From assembly GCF_009834535.1 (NCBI RefSeq), contig NC_045697.1:31560001-31624000 (forward strand): a stretch of DNA of 64,000 bases, read 5' to 3'. The notes beneath the pieces are model-generated. The model was not told where the DNA came from, did not search any database, and saw only the letters and a list, made by a program, of their open reading frames with translations. Within the stretch, counting starts at the first letter, position 1, and every line of letters begins with the position of its first letter. Origin of the DNA: Camelus ferus. Taxonomy: Eukaryota. Below are positions 59,546 to 64,000 of this stretch, piece after piece. The position numbers and the translations under genes were made by a program.

Positions 59546-62544
59546 GCCAATGTGAAACCTAACAATATAACACAAAGTAGATTCAAATGCAATTCTGAAT
59601 ATCACCAATCCCTGGAAACAAACAGACAAAGTTTATTCTCAAATGGGTAATGAGAGGGAATGTTATGTCAGTGTCAGCATCCTCGGCCGTGAACTGCCTC
59701 TCTATCACAACAGAAGAGTCACCTAAATTAGTAACTTGACAGTGTCATAAAAAGAGGCCAGTATTCCTATGGCCCCAAACCAGAGGAAGCTGAAAATTGT
59801 TGTTGGATGATGAAAAAATAATGAAGCTATCCTGCTTTCTAAATGCCTGCAGAAGTGAGTGGTGCTGAACTGGCTTTCTTGCTCTCAGACCTCCCACATA
59901 CTTGAAATATCAGATGTGTGATTATTAATTGATGGTATTGAAATAATGTAACTATAAATTACTGAATATTAAAATTTATGCCCAAGACAGTAGACACTTG
60001 ATATGCATGAGAAATATGAATACTACATATTGTTTTAATTAAGACAGTCTTATGTAGTTCTTGGGTAACCCTGTGGGAGAGGAATTAATATTCCTGTTCT
60101 ACAATTACAGCTCAGTTCTTAGAACTGATGAACAGATAGTTGTTTCAAGAGATTACAAAGATTACAGAGGTCTAGTTTGTTCCAAAATGCCAGTGGGTCT
60201 CTTAAAGGTAGAATACTTCAAATACCATAAATAACACTAAGGTTTCCACTAAGTCTGGTGACTTTAGTTGTGCCATTATATTTCAGTTTATTCATGATAC
60301 TTCAGCCTAATGATATCCATTTATTCACACAAAAAAATTGGGAAATACCTATTGATTGAGATCTTTAGCTGAATTGATCGTGAACCAGTGAGTCCAACAG
60401 CTAGTCTGTCAAGTAATATCAAAGTAATTTGCTTAAACCATCTTTTAGAGGAGGAGATACCGTCCCCTAGCTGGATAGAAGATCCGGTTGAGAAGCACTT
60501 CTGTCAATGAGGCATAAAAGTGGCTACACTTCCATTGGGAAAATAAATCAGGAGATCAAAAATAGAAGTAGTTTAAAAGGAGAAATTCTCCTTTTGTAAA
60601 TTAATTATTCTGAACCCTAATTCATAGTAATATATTCTAATTTATATCCATATCTTGATATTTTTATAGTTTCAAGAAATGTATTTACATTGAAAGCCCT
60701 AGTAAAACATGAACGTTCTTTTACCAGCACAGATATAAACTGTGTATATAAAGTATTTCAAATAGATAACCCTATACCTGTGTCTGTATCTATCGATATT
60801 TGCATTTATCTGTCTACATTTGAAATAATGCTGTGAACCAGAAACTTCTATTCTTAAATTCTGTAACCTGTATATCATTTAATTACACATTATCTATATA
60901 AATAAATGGAGATTAGAACATAGATTAATTTCAAAAATAAAACTAATTTCTATTATATGATAATCTAATTAGTTTTTCCCGTCTAATTATTTGTATTAAT
61001 TTAAAATCTATAGCTTATGAAATGAACAAGCTGCCTGGAAATGTTAATAACAGAAATTCTACCGGAAAAATTTATACAATTTTCATTGATATAAATTTTT
61101 TCCATTTTTCAGTAGTGTTTCTAGTGAGCTTTCTTCCAAGCTCTAGAAATAGAACATAATAAATCTCCCACATATCTGAACATTTTTGTCTTTAACAGTC
61201 CTAGAATTTATTTCATTGAGCACAGTTTTTTCTGCTATAAGCTCTTCTTTTATCATACATAGAGAGTTTTTGTTTAAAAGAAATTTAAAAATCATAAATG
61301 TAGATTGTGTAAAATATTCAAGGCAGTTTTAAGTTTGTTAATACCTGAGATGACTTTTGTGAGCTAAAAAATACACAGCGCTCCTGGGTTCCAATTGTAA
61401 AGCATGCCCATACCTCAGCAGTTATTCATTATGTTCCACTTTTTACTACTTTGAAAACGTATTAGTTAGTAGTAAACTTTTTTCCTCATTATAAAGTGCA
61501 CATTGATTATATATATTATCCAGCCTCTCCACGTAAATGGTATTAGCAAGGGTCCAGTTTAATGACACTGTTTTATGGCTAGTGGTTGGAAAGTTAATCT
61601 TCATTATATATTTTTATGCTGAAGCATCATTATTTCTATAATTTTTCAGTTCAGATGTACTAGGAGTAAAGCATTATATCTTCTGTAAACTTTCTGGACC
61701 TAAAAGAAAAGCAAATATACATGAAGGATTTATTTTAAAATGTTTCAGTTTATCTTTTTACCCACAGATGAAGCAAATGACGAAATCTGTATGTTTGTCC
61801 TTCAGTTCGTCGCTGGCTTTAGCACACAGATCTACAGGGGAAGTTTTGTTTGTTTTGGCTGATTATGCAGCTTAGGTCAATTAGAGAAAGATAAGTTGTG
61901 GAACCAATTAAACCTCAAAGCAATCATGCAACTGAAGACCTTACTCTGCAGTCAGCTTTTTTGGCCTTTAAATTTTTATGTAAACTCTTAACATATATAT
62001 GACATAATATGGAAGTTTAGCTTCTAAGTCTTTTAAAACCTAAAGGTCATAATTTTCTAGGTTAGATAATTCTACCATTCATGAGGATAATTTAATTTTC
62101 TTTAAATTAAACAAAAGAAAAGATTGTCTTAATTTTATTAGTTATATTTTAAACTGTTGATAAATTTGAGACAATTTTTAAAATAAAATTTTTACAAACA
62201 AATCAAATAGAAAATCTTTCTTAGAGGTAAGCAAGGTGTAAGGCAGAAGGAAAAACTTTCTCATATGGTTTGTTTCGAACAGAGCACAAGTACTAAATCC
62301 TACGTCCAGGTTTTCCATCGAAATCAACTGGTAAAAATAAATTTCTAGATCTAGAGAGGCACCAAGATATACTTCTAGCATGCAGTAAACCTCTACTTCT
62401 GAAATAGATCTAATGCAGTATTCTTTGCTCCATAAATAATTATATTTTATTCATCTTTGAGATCAAAAATTTTATTTTCATTCTAAAATAGCTTCAAGGC
62501 TGAAGCTTCCTGGCTCTCTTTGTTCTACAAGCTTGTGAGACCTT

Positions 62545-62780
62545 GGGTAAAGGAAATCTGTTTCTCTACTAAGAAAATTTCTGTCATCAAATGTGTGGGT
62601 TTCCCACACCAAGCAACTGTCCATTTTTCGGCAGACACTGATCGGGTGTCCTACAATTTAATTTATTTCTGGGTAACTATCTGGAGTTAGACAGACCTCA
62701 CAGGTTAAGGGCTCAGCCCACAAGACAGTTTCCATTTCAGATGCCAACTGCAAGGAGTGATTCCTCAGATTTAGCTAGTA
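62545..62780 (-). mobile_element. LTR fragment (MER21/MER4-group-like)
   Basis: 'aaatgtgtgggtttcccacaccaagcaa...gggtgtcctacaatttaatt...cacaggttaagggctcagcccacaagac...ttcagatgccaa'. Confidence 0.75.
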
Positions 62781-63160
62781 GTCATTTGTTGGAAAGTTAA
62801 TGGCTATAAAATAATGCATCAGAATAAATACTTGAAGGGAAAGCAGAGAAAGCAGGGCATGAGCCATGACACTACAGCTCTGGAGACCAGAAAGCAAAAG
62901 CTGCAACAAAAGCCAAGACAGTCACCTGAGGCAAGAGACCCCCGAGTCTAAACAGTGACTCTCATTATATGTTGGGTTCTCCGTGCCCCACCCTCGCGTT
63001 TACTTCGAGACTTTTAAAGATAAATAAAATAGAGGAAGGCTGAAGTTTAAGTCTTAGCAATAGAGTCCCTAATGCACAAGACTTAAAATGTAAAGTCAAC
63101 TTTTTTAAGGCCCACACTGTCATGGGAGACATGTGATTTAAGATTTATTATTAAGTTTCC

Positions 63161-63570
63161 TGATGAGCTATCGTTTACCAGCAATGCTGTGTAACAATCT
63201 ACCAGAAAACCTCAATGGCATCTGACAGTAAGCATTTATGGTTGTTTATGGGTCAGTAGGTTAGCTGGGTGATGCTGCTGATGTGGTCCAGGCTCAGTTA
63301 AAATTGGTTAAACGTATTAATTTGTCTGTGGGCACTTTGCAGATCCACTGAGGGCTTGCCAGTTTAAGAAGACCCTGGCGTGGATTTCCCATCTCTGCTC
63401 CATGTGGTCCCACTTTCTTCATGAGTCCAGCCCAAGCTTTTCGTCATGTCACAGACAGGGACTGAACAGACAGAATGGAGATGTGTGAGTCCTTGGGAGG
63501 CCCGATCTTGGAAATGGTGAGATTCTGCTTCAATCTGTTGGTCAAAGCAATAACTGTTTCAGATTCCAAG
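63161..63570 (-). mobile_element. ERVL-MaLR LTR (MLT1F/G/H-like), truncated by the next LTR
   Basis: 'atgctgtgtaacaa...aaaacctcaatggc...taagcattta', 'tctctgctccatgtggtc', 'ccagcccaagctt' and 'tctgttggtcaaagcaa...cagattccaag'. Confidence 0.8.
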
Positions 63571-64000
63571 TATGAGGTACAGGGGAGGAAAACATTATTT
63601 TTCCTATTCCTCTCCTAGGTTCTTTGGCTGGGACCCTATTTACTGGATTGGCATACAAATTTATTTAATATAAGTTTTATGTGACACAGGAGAACTCAAG
63701 GAAATGAAGACCCAAAGAAGTGGTTTAACCTGAGCATGTTTATATTAAATCTGATAAAAAAAAAATAGGAAGTCATGAAAATATGTGATAGAATTATAGG
63801 ATCTGAACCAAGCAAGGGTAATAAACTGGAGGAAACTTAGTAAATCCTGTTCATTCAGATTCCTCTCAGCATCTCACCATCTTCAGAGAGAAGTATGCCT
63901 CTTTCATCTGGGTGTCTCTCACCAGAGGGTTCTTATGATCCACTTCAGAGGAGAGGGGGAGGTCAGAGAGTCCTTTCTGCACCTGTCATTTCTCGAATTC
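63571..64000 (-). mobile_element. ERV1 LTR (MER34/MER39-group-like), running off the window end
   Basis: 'gcatacaaatttatttaatataagttttatgtgacacaggag...aaatgaagacccaaagaag...gttcattcagattcctctc...ggtcagagagtcctttctgcacctg'. Confidence 0.78.

Noticed and set aside
60575..60595. Perfect inverted repeat AAAAGGAGAA-A-TTCTCCTTTT
   Set aside because: It resembles a bacterial terminator, which is irrelevant in mammalian DNA. Arms of 10 bp are at chance level here and carry no motif.
1..64000. Prokaryotic or viral systems (CRISPR, operons, intact ERV genes), tRNA/rRNA genes, CpG-island promoter
   Set aside because: None seen. The sequence is CpG-depleted mammalian DNA dominated by decayed interspersed repeats, and its longest listed ORF is 163 aa of transposon origin.

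Overview
AT-rich, CpG-depleted eutherian mammalian DNA that looks like a gene desert or the interior of a very long intron. I can support no host protein-coding gene, tRNA, rRNA, CpG island or CRISPR array. The only ORF-track peptides I recognise are broken transposon proteins: LINE-1 ORF2 at about 186-1700 and Tigger1 transposase at about 38650-39800. A large share of the window is interspersed repeat. This includes a relatively young 5'-truncated L1 whose 3'UTR resembles, from memory, camelid-type cetartiodactyl L1, older L1MC/L1ME pieces, many L2 and MIR fragments, an L3/CR1 fragment, MaLR/ERVL/ERV1 solo LTRs, an ERVL-like internal remnant, and DNA transposons (near-full-length Tigger1 with TA duplications, Charlie1, small hAT derivatives). 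Repeat family names are by-eye recalls of consensus sequences and need RepeatMasker/Dfam confirmation; boundaries of old elements are approximate. I did not find a convincing novel biological system. The best second-look items are small: a three-half-site p53-family element beside an RFX-like box (58878-58931), a 39-nt L1 micro-insertion with target-site duplication (48636-48698), an NF-Y plus USF/CLEAR module retained in an old MaLR LTR (29323-29347), a CTCF-like site and inverted POU-type sites at the edge of a roughly 80% AT tract, two palindromes inside old repeats, and two frame-preserving exon-like segments.
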